Shown here: piece by piece, positions 9,602-18,000 of the stretch
Numbering within the stretch: the stretch's first letter is position 1
Layout of the letters: the number at the start of each line of letters is the position of its first letter
From: Anaerolineales bacterium
GTDB lineage: Bacteria > Chloroflexota > Anaerolineae > Anaerolineales > UBA6668
DNA: 64,000 bases
Assembly (NCBI GenBank): GCA_020630805.1
Contig: JAHDIM010000002.1
Span: 641-64,640, forward strand
Direction of reading: 5' to 3'
Made by a program: the position numbers and the translations under genes
The notes under the pieces: generated by a model
Seen by the model: only the letters and a program-made list of their open reading frames with translations
Database searches by the model: none
Told to the model about the DNA's origin: nothing

Positions 9602-9700
9602 ATTTGTTTTTAGGGTTGACCTGAGGGTTGAAATCAGGAGTTGCGTTGAAGTGTTATTGTGCAGGTGCGCACATATGTTTCAATTATACAGTGTTCGCCG

Positions 9701-12094
9701 CTAATTTACTTTGAAGATCCATGCCAAGCCGTTTGTAAATTCAAGCGTGTAGTGTTCAGAATTGAGGAATTTGCTAGGGGTGAAATGCTGACCTTGGGGA
9801 CCAATATAAACGTGGGTGACCCCTTCATTTTCCAAAGCTGTTAGAAATTCTGGCGTGTTGACATCGGATGTGGCCCACGCAACGGTGCCAAACTCAAACA
9901 CTTGTTGCGCATAGGCTTTGTTATACGGATACCAAAACGTTGGAGTTGTGGTGGTACGTCCAGTGACAGCAGGAATCCAATAACCGGCGTCTGCGCCGGC
10001 CCAAATGGTGTTGTCATACCAAGGCCATAAATTGATTAGAAAGTGATCGTCAAGGGTGGTGTTCGCCTCGATCCAGTCCATTGCTTCTTGGTCAGCAGTG
10101 GTGCCTAAGACAGCCCCTGGTTCAATGACGTTGACTGTGTTATGCCACCCAATGAGTGCGACTGCTCCAATGAGCATGCCCAGTGCGACTTGACGCAGGA
10201 TGATGTACGGCTGTGCACTTACGTTGGCTTGGAAGACTTTGACCACGCCATATGCCAGCATAATACAAGCCGGTACGAACAGGGTGATGTAAAACGTGTG
10301 ATTCGTAATTACCCAAGTGGTGCGCAGCCCAAATTGGTCTAAATTTAGCACTAGAAATTGCAAGCTTAGCCAGAGAGCAATCACCATTGCCCAACGTTTG
10401 CGATGCCACATGGCAAGGAGCAGCCCCAGCACTGCAATGGGGAGCCAATATTGCTCAATAAATGGAGTTTCCCAAAGGTAGTTTGTTGGGAATTTTGTAT
10501 AAGAGGTTGTCCCTGACGACAGCGCTTTTTGAGCTGACTCTGCTGGCGTGACTACATTGCTATAGATGCGATACATCCACGGGGCAGACAATATGCTGGT
10601 TAGCATTCCGCTAGCAATCCAGTTTAACCCAAAGCGCCAATTGACAAGCAAACATGCCAGCGCAAACACGCCAAAGAATGCAGTGACACGAATGTGAACG
10701 AGCGTTAGGCCTGCGGCAAGTATGCCAATCACTACAACGATTGGGAAGTTCAGTTTTGCCCTTTTCGTCGCTAAAGAAGTGAGACCGATCCACATTAAGA
10801 CAAGCAGCGTAATTTGACCCGCAAGTTGGGTAATGCGGCCCCAGTCTGTGAATTGATTTGGAAAGCGCGAGACAAAGCCAACAAAGACCAATGCAACAAT
10901 GCCCATCCATTGGTTCTTTGTGACATATCGCGTCATGCCGTAAGCTGCGAGCGCTGCACCGATGACTAATAACTGGGTGAAGATTAGAAAGATGTCAGTG
11001 AGCGCAACATGGGGCAAAAGCAACTGCAATGAGGCAACGACAGCATGCATTCCAATGTGATAGTAAAGGGGAGTGTCTAGCCACTGTGGGCCTAAGGTTG
11101 GCGCAATATTGCCTGCATCCAGCAGAATTTGGGTCAGCAGTGCATGATTTGGCGTGTCGACTAAGGCTGGAAACACCAAGTGCTGAATATTTACAATGCG
11201 GGTGACAAACAGTAGTCCAAGCAGAACGGCTAGCACTTTGTCTGGTAAGGACCAGTCTGAGTGGCGTTTGACTGAGCGCCAATATGGACGACGTACGGCA
11301 ACGAGTACGCCTATGAAGATGAAGGTTACACCCCATGCGCTGACGGTGGTCCAGCGCAGGCCGATTTGCGTCAACGCAAGCCAAAGCAGCGCAATGACAG
11401 AAATGCCGCTGCCGAAGCCGAATGCAAGCCGTGTTGTGCTATCTAAGTCGTTATAGTGTGGATGCAACTGTAGGACTGTTAGTCCTGGCACAATAATGCC
11501 AAGCACTGTTGCCAAACCGACCAAAACCCAGCGTGGTAACCATAATTGTAAGCCGCTGAATAATTCGGTGACTGTAAACCGATACCGCGTTTCAAAGCGA
11601 ATATCACCGTCAATGTCGGCAATGGCAGTGCCTTCGTGGTAGCTATCGTAATTGCTGCCCCAGAGCCCGACGACGTCTTGGGCGTTTTCAACAGTCAGTT
11701 GAAATTGATACTGTTTATTTTTAGAGAAGTATTGTGTTGGAAAGACAAACTCTAGCACGGCATTATGGCCCAGCGCTGTGATTGCCTTCTCTGTGCTGGC
11801 AACTTCAATTCCGTTCTGGTCAAGTAATGCCGCGGTTAGAATGGTTGTTTGGTCTTTGAGCTTGTCAGGATCAAAAACAGCCACCCAAACTTTGACCATG
11901 TTGAACCCATTGTGGTTGGCTCGAAATGTCTGGGTGATCTGCTGATGATTATCTTTGAAGTGAAAGACGATTGTATTGCGGCGCTGAACAGTATCTATCC
12001 GCTGGATGGGGTGCCACCACAGCAAAAACAACAAACCGCAAGCGACACTAACGCCGAGTAATAACCAGCGTTGCTCGCGAAGCACTTTCAACAA
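9701..12094 (-). CDS. Large polytopic membrane protein, possibly a GT-C-fold glycosyltransferase (function uncertain)
   Basis: 797 aa. It has an N-terminal TM helix, a ~190-aa extracytoplasmic domain, about 12 TM helices, and a C-terminal ~170-aa soluble domain. I can read no diagnostic motif. Confidence 0.55.
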   Translation of the reverse strand: MLKVLREQRWLLLGVSVACGLLFLLWWHPIQRIDTVQRRNTIVFHFKDNHQQITQTFRANHNGFNMVKVWVAVFDPDKLKDQTTILTAALLDQNGIEVASTEKAITALGHNAVLEFVFPTQYFSKNKQYQFQLTVENAQDVVGLWGSNYDSYHEGTAIADIDGDIRFETRYRFTVTELFSGLQLWLPRWVLVGLATVLGIIVPGLTVLQLHPHYNDLDSTTRLAFGFGSGISVIALLWLALTQIGLRWTTVSAWGVTFIFIGVLVAVRRPYWRSVKRHSDWSLPDKVLAVLLGLLFVTRIVNIQHLVFPALVDTPNHALLTQILLDAGNIAPTLGPQWLDTPLYYHIGMHAVVASLQLLLPHVALTDIFLIFTQLLVIGAALAAYGMTRYVTKNQWMGIVALVFVGFVSRFPNQFTDWGRITQLAGQITLLVLMWIGLTSLATKRAKLNFPIVVVIGILAAGLTLVHIRVTAFFGVFALACLLVNWRFGLNWIASGMLTSILSAPWMYRIYSNVVTPAESAQKALSSGTTSYTKFPTNYLWETPFIEQYWLPIAVLGLLLAMWHRKRWAMVIALWLSLQFLVLNLDQFGLRTTWVITNHTFYITLFVPACIMLAYGVVKVFQANVSAQPYIILRQVALGMLIGAVALIGWHNTVNVIEPGAVLGTTADQEAMDWIEANTTLDDHFLINLWPWYDNTIWAGADAGYWIPAVTGRTTTTPTFWYPYNKAYAQQVFEFGTVAWATSDVNTPEFLTALENEGVTHVYIGPQGQHFTPSKFLNSEHYTLEFTNGLAWIFKVN

Positions 12095-12101
12095 AGACGA
12101 T

Positions 12102-12335
12102 TTATCCTTGCGGGGTAGGTGGTGTTAGGTTGACTGGCGTAGCGGGAAGCCCTGAGGGTTGGCTAGTTGGTGTCGCTGTCGGTGGGCCTTCCGTCTGAGG
12201 AACCGTGACACCTGGTTCATTGCTGCCGTTGTAGCTGCCATCTTCCGATTTACAACCGGCTAAGGCTAAGGTAAAGGCCACCAGACAAATAGCTAAGGTG
12301 GCGGTCAGTTTGCGGAAATGAAGTGTTGTGCGCAT
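12102..12335 (-). CDS. Small Pro/Thr-rich lipoprotein
   Basis: 77 aa. The signal peptide ends in the lipobox LAGC. It lies 7 nt upstream of the 797-aa membrane protein gene. Confidence 0.55.
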   Translation of the reverse strand: MRTTLHFRKLTATLAICLVAFTLALAGCKSEDGSYNGSNEPGVTVPQTEGPPTATPTSQPSGLPATPVNLTPPTPQG

Positions 12336-12423
12336 ATAGGTTGCGATGAATGTAAATTTTCTAAAACGAATTTCTAACTCTGATTATCGTACTCTCCTCG
12401 CACGTCAGATGCAAGACAGGATT

Positions 12424-12460
12424 TTTAAATAAAAAAGCACCATCAATAGACAGTGCTTTT
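12424..12460 (-). terminator. Intrinsic terminator of the 12484-12849 gene
   Basis: On the minus strand: stem AAAAGCAC / GTGCTTTT with a 12-nt loop, followed by TTTTTTATTT. Confidence 0.5.
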
Positions 12461-12483
12461 CGTTAGCTTTGGGAAGTGATGCG

Positions 12484-12849
12484 CTAGGCGGGTTGTGCCA
12501 CACCGCTGTTGAACCAGTCAATGAGCATTGCCCAACGCAATTGGGCAGATTCACGATTGCGTCCTAACACGCCGATAATCGCAAACATAAAGCTCAAGAT
12601 CATGACGAATGCCAATACTGGGAGCAGGAAAAGAACGCCCAACAATGGAATACTTTCGGTCATGGCGCGTCGCACAATTCCAATTCCAGAAAAATAGTTC
12701 ACCATGTCAGATGAAACATAGAGGGCTACAAAAATTAGGAATGTGACAAGTGCACACGCTGTATAAAATCCTAAGATGCTCTGTTCTACTAGCATGGGCC
12801 ATAAAACCGCACCGCCAAAAAATGCACCAGTTAGAAATTTGCCAGTCAT
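12484..12849 (-). CDS. Small integral membrane protein (3-4 TM), function unknown
   Basis: 121 aa, strongly hydrophobic, with its own terminator. Confidence 0.55.
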   Translation of the reverse strand: MTGKFLTGAFFGGAVLWPMLVEQSILGFYTACALVTFLIFVALYVSSDMVNYFSGIGIVRRAMTESIPLLGVLFLLPVLAFVMILSFMFAIIGVLGRNRESAQLRWAMLIDWFNSGVAQPA

Positions 12850-13028
12850 AAATACCTCTGAAATCGTTCAATACAACTAAAAAATTACTTGCTCCCTTAT
12901 CTTAAATGGATGCGCTTGATTTTTTATTCAGATTTAGTTTTAGTTTGGTAATAAATTCGCAATAATTTCTTAAAAGTGTGAGATTTCGCCATGTTGCGGG
13001 GCGATATTCACCATGTTATGATGCTTAT

Positions 13029-14234
13029 ATGCTGACATCTGCGGAAAAAATCCTTGTCATAGATCAAGACGAAGCAGCAAGAGAATTGCTCATGTATGAG
13101 ACCCTGCAACCGGCAGGGTATACCGTTGCTGCGGTCGAGACGGCTGCAAGTGCTTTGGAAATGTTGGGCGAATTCCCACCTGACTTGCTAATTACAGATT
13201 TGCAAAGTTCAGGGTTCAGTGGGAAAGATCTTATTTCTGCATTCAAGGCACAGGGCGTAACTGCGCCAGTGATTGTGCTAGTAGAAGATGGCAATGAGCA
13301 AAGCGCGCTCGATGCATTCCGTTTAGGCGCAGTTGACTACTTGACCAAACCGTTGCGTGAAGCGGAGGTTGTTGCGGCTGTAGATAGGGCAATGGAAAGC
13401 GTCCGTTTGCGCCGTGAAAGCGAAGCGATGGCCGGCAAACTTCAGTTGGCAAACTCTTCGCTTGAAAAACGCGTCCGAGAGTTGACTACGCTCATTGGTG
13501 TTGCCAAAAGCATTACAAATCTGAATAACGTAGAAGCGCTGTTCAATCGATTAGTGAGTGCTGGGCTCTATGTCACAAATGCAGACGTAGGCTGGTTACT
13601 GTTGCTTGATGACCGAACCGGAGAACTGCGCTACGAAACGTCACAAAACTTACCCGAAGACCTTCCTAAAAACTTTATGCCACAACGTGGACAGAAGTGG
13701 GATGCGGGCGTGTCTGCAATGGTGATGCTTTCGGGACAGCCTTTGGCATTACAAGGTCCACGATTAGAAAAATTTTTAGTGGGTCGTTTTGCCAAAGCCT
13801 CGCTAGTTGTGCCGATTATGGTAAAAGAGCAGCCGGTTGGCACGCTTGTAATGGCACGGAAAGATGATGCACCATTTGGTGACCGTGATAAAACTATGTT
13901 GGCTGCAGTGAGTGATTACGCATCCGCTGCGGTTGTCAATATAAGGCTTTTCCAAGCCCTAGAAACTCGCGCTGAAAAGCTAGAACTGCTCAATCAAGAA
14001 ATTATTGCGGGCGAGAAAGGCCGTGATGAGATGTTGCTTCGACTTGGAGAAATTCTAGACAAGCCAATTAAGCGATCTTTACAGGGCATTGAGGCGTTGT
14101 CACAAGGGGAAGTTGGCGCGCTGAGTGATGACCAGACAGCGGCATTGAACTCGGTTTGGGAACACTTGGGGCTTGCTAGTGAACTGGTGGACACGCTAAA
14201 AGCTGGAACGTCTGACATCATCCAAGGGGCTTAG
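13029..14234 (+). CDS. Response-regulator receiver + GAF + degenerate DHp-like C-terminus
   Basis: The REC domain is present (ILVIDQDE, phospho-Asp context LLITDL, TKPL). The central region looks like GAF. The C-terminal helix DEMLLRLGEILDKPIKRSL aligns with the HisKA H-box but has no His. I prefer the ATG at 13029. The track start at 12978 is a GTG that adds 17 non-conserved-looking residues. Confidence 0.78.
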   Translation: MLTSAEKILVIDQDEAARELLMYETLQPAGYTVAAVETAASALEMLGEFPPDLLITDLQSSGFSGKDLISAFKAQGVTAPVIVLVEDGNEQSALDAFRLGAVDYLTKPLREAEVVAAVDRAMESVRLRRESEAMAGKLQLANSSLEKRVRELTTLIGVAKSITNLNNVEALFNRLVSAGLYVTNADVGWLLLLDDRTGELRYETSQNLPEDLPKNFMPQRGQKWDAGVSAMVMLSGQPLALQGPRLEKFLVGRFAKASLVVPIMVKEQPVGTLVMARKDDAPFGDRDKTMLAAVSDYASAAVVNIRLFQALETRAEKLELLNQEIIAGEKGRDEMLLRLGEILDKPIKRSLQGIEALSQGEVGALSDDQTAALNSVWEHLGLASELVDTLKAGTSDIIQGA

Positions 14235-14267
14235 CATTCGTAACGCATCTGTAAACTGTCTTGAATC

Positions 14268-14299
14268 AAAAACAGCGATCAACTTTGATCGCTGTTTTT
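14268..14299. terminator. Bidirectional intrinsic terminator between convergent genes
   Basis: Perfect palindrome AAAAACAGCGATCAA-ct-TTGATCGCTGTTTTT. Confidence 0.7.
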
Positions 14300-14311
14300 A
14301 TTTCTGACTAT

Positions 14312-14776
14312 TTATTGCAAGACAAATTCTTGGACCTTAGGGACGAAAGGGTTGATTGGAAACGTCTCCACTTGGGTCAGATCAACACTAGTTGTTAGAA
14401 CGTTGTCCCACGCCAATGCGACTTCTCGCATTTGGTCAATAATGCTGTCGCGGGTTTCACGCTCGAACTTATTCTGAGATTGCCAGCGATTGGTGTAGTT
14501 GAAGCCTGCAACCAAAATCCCCGAAATGGCATAGTGCACTTCGTATGGAAGTTCACGGGTTATGTAATCTTCCGTTTGTGGGTTATGTGCTTCTTCAATA
14601 ACAGCTAAGCATTCCAGAATTTCTTTGATATGAGGTTTAGTGTCGATGCGTTTGTTAGAAATGTCTGCGCAATGGAGTGCATATACAAAACTGCGGTCTG
14701 AATGAGGGTGCCCATTAATCTTCCCAGCAGGATTGGCATGCTCTTGTAAACGAGTTATTGCATCTGTGTAATTCAT
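14312..14776 (-). CDS. Hypothetical protein
   Basis: 154-aa clean ORF. No motif recognised. Confidence 0.55.
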   Translation of the reverse strand: MNYTDAITRLQEHANPAGKINGHPHSDRSFVYALHCADISNKRIDTKPHIKEILECLAVIEEAHNPQTEDYITRELPYEVHYAISGILVAGFNYTNRWQSQNKFERETRDSIIDQMREVALAWDNVLTTSVDLTQVETFPINPFVPKVQEFVLQ

Positions 14777-15041
14777 AAGTGGTCTTTATAGTCTGAAATC
14801 AAGAATGTTGACTAGCTGACCTTATTCGCAAATCTATGTTGCAAATATAGATCAATAACCTACCCATATACGTCCACCTTGGGATATTCTCAATATATTT
14901 ACTCCCAATATTTTTTTCGATGAAATTGGCGCATATTTGCAATGCGTTTTTGCTCTTGAGACAAAAATCGCGTTGGTTACAAACTAAATAATAACCATTT
15001 CTAACTGTCAATACAAGAGAGTTTTTTACTATCAATTTACG

Positions 15042-15848
15042 TTAGCTAGGTAAACTTAGTAGGACTTCGCCAGTGCAAATTTTAGTCACTGGGCCAGTTA
15101 AGAACGTGTTGTTTGGTTTGCTGAAATCAACCTCTAATATGCCGCCTTTAGTTATGACGTTTATGTATTTATCGGTCTTTTTTAGGAGATAGGATACAGC
15201 AGCGGCGGCGCAACTGCTGCTGCCAGATGAATTTGTATAGCCAGCGCCACGCTCCCAAATTTCAATCTGAATGGTGGTTTTGTCTATAACGTTCAATAGC
15301 TGTACGTTAGTGCGATTTGGAAATCTTTGGTTTGTTTCGATTTCAGATCCTAACTGTTTTGCAACCATTGCATTAACCGGCTGATTCAGCACAACGCAGT
15401 GCGGGTTCCCCATGTCTACTGTCATAAATTCGACGACACCATAGTCCGCGCTTTGTAAGTATTCGATTTGTGCCCCAACTTTTGCTGGCCCCATAGAGAC
15501 TAGGATCTTGTCATGTACAACCTGCGCCGTATGTCTCTTAGTGAGTGTTTCAATGCTGAGCGGAGTTGTTTGTGGCGTTTGTTCAAACAGGTAGGTGGCG
15601 AAAATTCGTAATCCATTGCCGCTTGACTCAGCTTCGCTACCATCTGGATTGAATATTCGTACGTGCTGTGTCTTGTGTGATGTGAGGCCAAAGTCAAAAA
15701 GTACGCCATCACTGCCAATACCGTAGGCAGGATCGCAAAGCATTTGTGCTGCACTTGCAAGCGAGTGGCCAGAAATATGCGCAGCAGGAACAACAATATA
15801 AGCGTTGCCCAATGCGTGATATTTTGAAAATGAAACTGCTGTTGGCAA
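15042..15848 (-). CDS. DapF-fold (diaminopimelate-epimerase-like) protein lacking both catalytic cysteines
   Basis: 268 aa. It has the DapF hallmarks YHALGNAYIVV, RIFNPDGSEAESSGNGLRIF, VDMGNPHCVV and WERGAGYTNSSGSSSCAAAAV. Both positions of the canonical Cys residues (CGNG and ACG[ST]G) read Ser. The TTG start directly follows the TAA stop of the kinase gene. Confidence 0.75.
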   Translation of the reverse strand: MPTAVSFSKYHALGNAYIVVPAAHISGHSLASAAQMLCDPAYGIGSDGVLFDFGLTSHKTQHVRIFNPDGSEAESSGNGLRIFATYLFEQTPQTTPLSIETLTKRHTAQVVHDKILVSMGPAKVGAQIEYLQSADYGVVEFMTVDMGNPHCVVLNQPVNAMVAKQLGSEIETNQRFPNRTNVQLLNVIDKTTIQIEIWERGAGYTNSSGSSSCAAAAVSYLLKKTDKYINVITKGGILEVDFSKPNNTFLTGPVTKICTGEVLLSLPS

Positions 15849-17882
15849 TTACTTGGTATGGCCCGTGGAGACTGGATTTGAAATAGGGCGCGTGGTGTGG
15901 ATCAGCGAATTGGTGGTGTCCATTGGGCCTGTTCCAATGGTTGTGTCATACCGTGCTGGTAGTGTAATTGTGAATTGAGACCCTTTGCCAGGCACACTTT
16001 GTAAAGTGACCCGACCCTGATGTAATTCAGCGAGACGTTTGACAAGCGCTAGGCCAAGCCCTGAACCGTCATGTTTGCGATCTAGCCCAGCATCTAGCTG
16101 TACAAAAGGTTGAAAGAGGCGCTTTTGGTCTTCAAACGGAATTCCAGGCCCAGTATCCCCAACCATGAAATGGATTTCGGACGTGTTGCGGTTCAAACTG
16201 GTCTTCAACCCAATTCGACCGTTGACTGGCGTAAATTTCACCGCATTGTTCAGCAAAATGAGCAGCATTTGACGGAGGCGTTGTTCATCGGCATAGATTG
16301 ATGTGATCTCCGGCGCTGGCGAATACTTAACCCGAATTGATTTCTCTTTGGCTGGCTCTGAAATCACCTGTAATGCAGCTTTACAGATACCATCAACAAT
16401 GAATTCGTCAGGATAGATCTCAAGCTCACGCGTGTCGCTTCGGGTAATGTCTAAGATGACATTGATGAGATCTAGCAGGGCACTACCACTTTGATAGATC
16501 AGATTGACGGAGTTACGCTGTTCATTTGTGAGCGTACCATAGATGTCAGCGTCCAACGACTCCGACATCCCCAAAATTGCATTGAGTGGTGTCCGAAGTT
16601 CATGGCCCATATTTGCCAAAAATTGATCTTTTGCAAGAAGCGCACTTTGCAACTGATTGTTGACGTTGGCAAGTTCTAGGGTGCGGTCATCAACCCGTTT
16701 TGCAAGGCTGTGCCGCTCTAGTTCCAACTCTTGGTTGACCGATGCGAGTTCAGCCGTGCGGGCTTGCACGTTAGCTTCTAGCTTTTCGTTGGCATATTCC
16801 AACTGGCGCGCAGTGCGGCGTAATTCAGTGATGTCATGGAACACCATGATTGAGCCAATGCGGGTTTCGTTATCTTTGGCACTGTACACATACGAATACG
16901 AGAAGTCATACTCTCGCATTTCAGTGGTCCGTGAATCAGACTGGATCTCAAGTGCAACTTGCATTTGGCGCGGTTCGTCTTGCTTCAGCGCTTGCAACAA
17001 CTGTGGGTAGTTATTGAGAAGCTCCCCTGCCGCTTGTCCAAAATAGCCTTTGTTTTGAATATTCAGCATCTGGCGCGCCGCTGGATTGAGCTCAACAATG
17101 CGTAGCTCAGGATCTAGCACAACAACTGCACTTTCTAAACGATCTAACACTGCTTGCCGCGCAATTGGCACCACGTCTAACAGCCCGAACCAGAAGACAC
17201 CGAGTGCTAGAAAAAATGCCGTTAGCGTAAATGCAAATGGAGACGGATCAATAAGGCCAAATGGGCTCAGCCCAGTAAGATACAGTGCATTGGACGCCCA
17301 AGGCACTAGAACCCCTAAGACAATAAAGATAATTTGCCAAGTGTACGTTGTGCGTCGACCGCGGAACAGCTTTCGCACTAGCATAATTGAGCCGATTAGC
17401 AGCAGAATGTAGCTGTAGGCTGCGTTCACGTTGAACCAACTGCCATAGCTAATGACTTCAATTAGCGAGAACTGTGGAAATTCAACAAGCTGGAACTCTT
17501 CCCAGATTAGATTGTGATAACGATTGGTGAAGATTAGACCGACTGTAATTGCCGGAATAATGAGAAGTAAACCAATATTACGATTGCGCTTTTTGAGAAA
17601 TGGCTCATAGCTTGCGTATTCGGCAGCAAAAGCCAGCCACATTGTAGGCACCGTTGCAATTCCAAGGTACTGCACAGAGACCCAAAATAGCTTCGCAGAT
17701 AGATTATCGTTATAGATTTCTAAGGCGTACCCTAAACACCAGATCGCGCATGCTAGGGTAAGCAAAGTGAAGGTCTGCGAACCTGGTTTTCCAGATCGCG
17801 TAAAGGCAAAAACTGCGAAGAAGAGACAGAGGCTAGCTGACAGAATCAGCAAAATAACCAATGCTAAGGAAGGCGCAAGCAT
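15849..17882 (-). CDS. Sensor histidine kinase with N-terminal 7TM sensor module, PAS, coiled coil, HisKA and HATPase_c
   Basis: 677 aa. It has about 7 N-terminal TM helices, the H-box MGHELRTPLNAILG, N-box LLNNAVKFT and G-boxes DTGPGI / GSGLGL. Confidence 0.9.
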   Translation of the reverse strand: MLAPSLALVILLILSASLCLFFAVFAFTRSGKPGSQTFTLLTLACAIWCLGYALEIYNDNLSAKLFWVSVQYLGIATVPTMWLAFAAEYASYEPFLKKRNRNIGLLLIIPAITVGLIFTNRYHNLIWEEFQLVEFPQFSLIEVISYGSWFNVNAAYSYILLLIGSIMLVRKLFRGRRTTYTWQIIFIVLGVLVPWASNALYLTGLSPFGLIDPSPFAFTLTAFFLALGVFWFGLLDVVPIARQAVLDRLESAVVVLDPELRIVELNPAARQMLNIQNKGYFGQAAGELLNNYPQLLQALKQDEPRQMQVALEIQSDSRTTEMREYDFSYSYVYSAKDNETRIGSIMVFHDITELRRTARQLEYANEKLEANVQARTAELASVNQELELERHSLAKRVDDRTLELANVNNQLQSALLAKDQFLANMGHELRTPLNAILGMSESLDADIYGTLTNEQRNSVNLIYQSGSALLDLINVILDITRSDTRELEIYPDEFIVDGICKAALQVISEPAKEKSIRVKYSPAPEITSIYADEQRLRQMLLILLNNAVKFTPVNGRIGLKTSLNRNTSEIHFMVGDTGPGIPFEDQKRLFQPFVQLDAGLDRKHDGSGLGLALVKRLAELHQGRVTLQSVPGKGSQFTITLPARYDTTIGTGPMDTTNSLIHTTRPISNPVSTGHTK

Positions 17883-18000
17883 GGTTTTACAAATATAGCA
17901 GAAATCGGGCTGAAGTTGGAATCGAATTCAGTAAGTTTAGCTAAAGATGTAGAAAAGACTATGTCTCTTTAGCCAATGTTTCTGCTTATAGGGTTGCAAT

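Noticed and set aside
14799-15035. 78-aa ORF in the AT-rich spacer upstream of gene 14312-14776, and a 10-nt inverted repeat TTGCAAATAT (14839) / ATATTTGCAA (14933)
   Set aside because: The ORF has low-complexity AT-rich codons, no RBS and no motif, so it is most likely promoter DNA. A 10-mer inverted repeat 85 nt apart in AT-rich sequence is within chance expectation.
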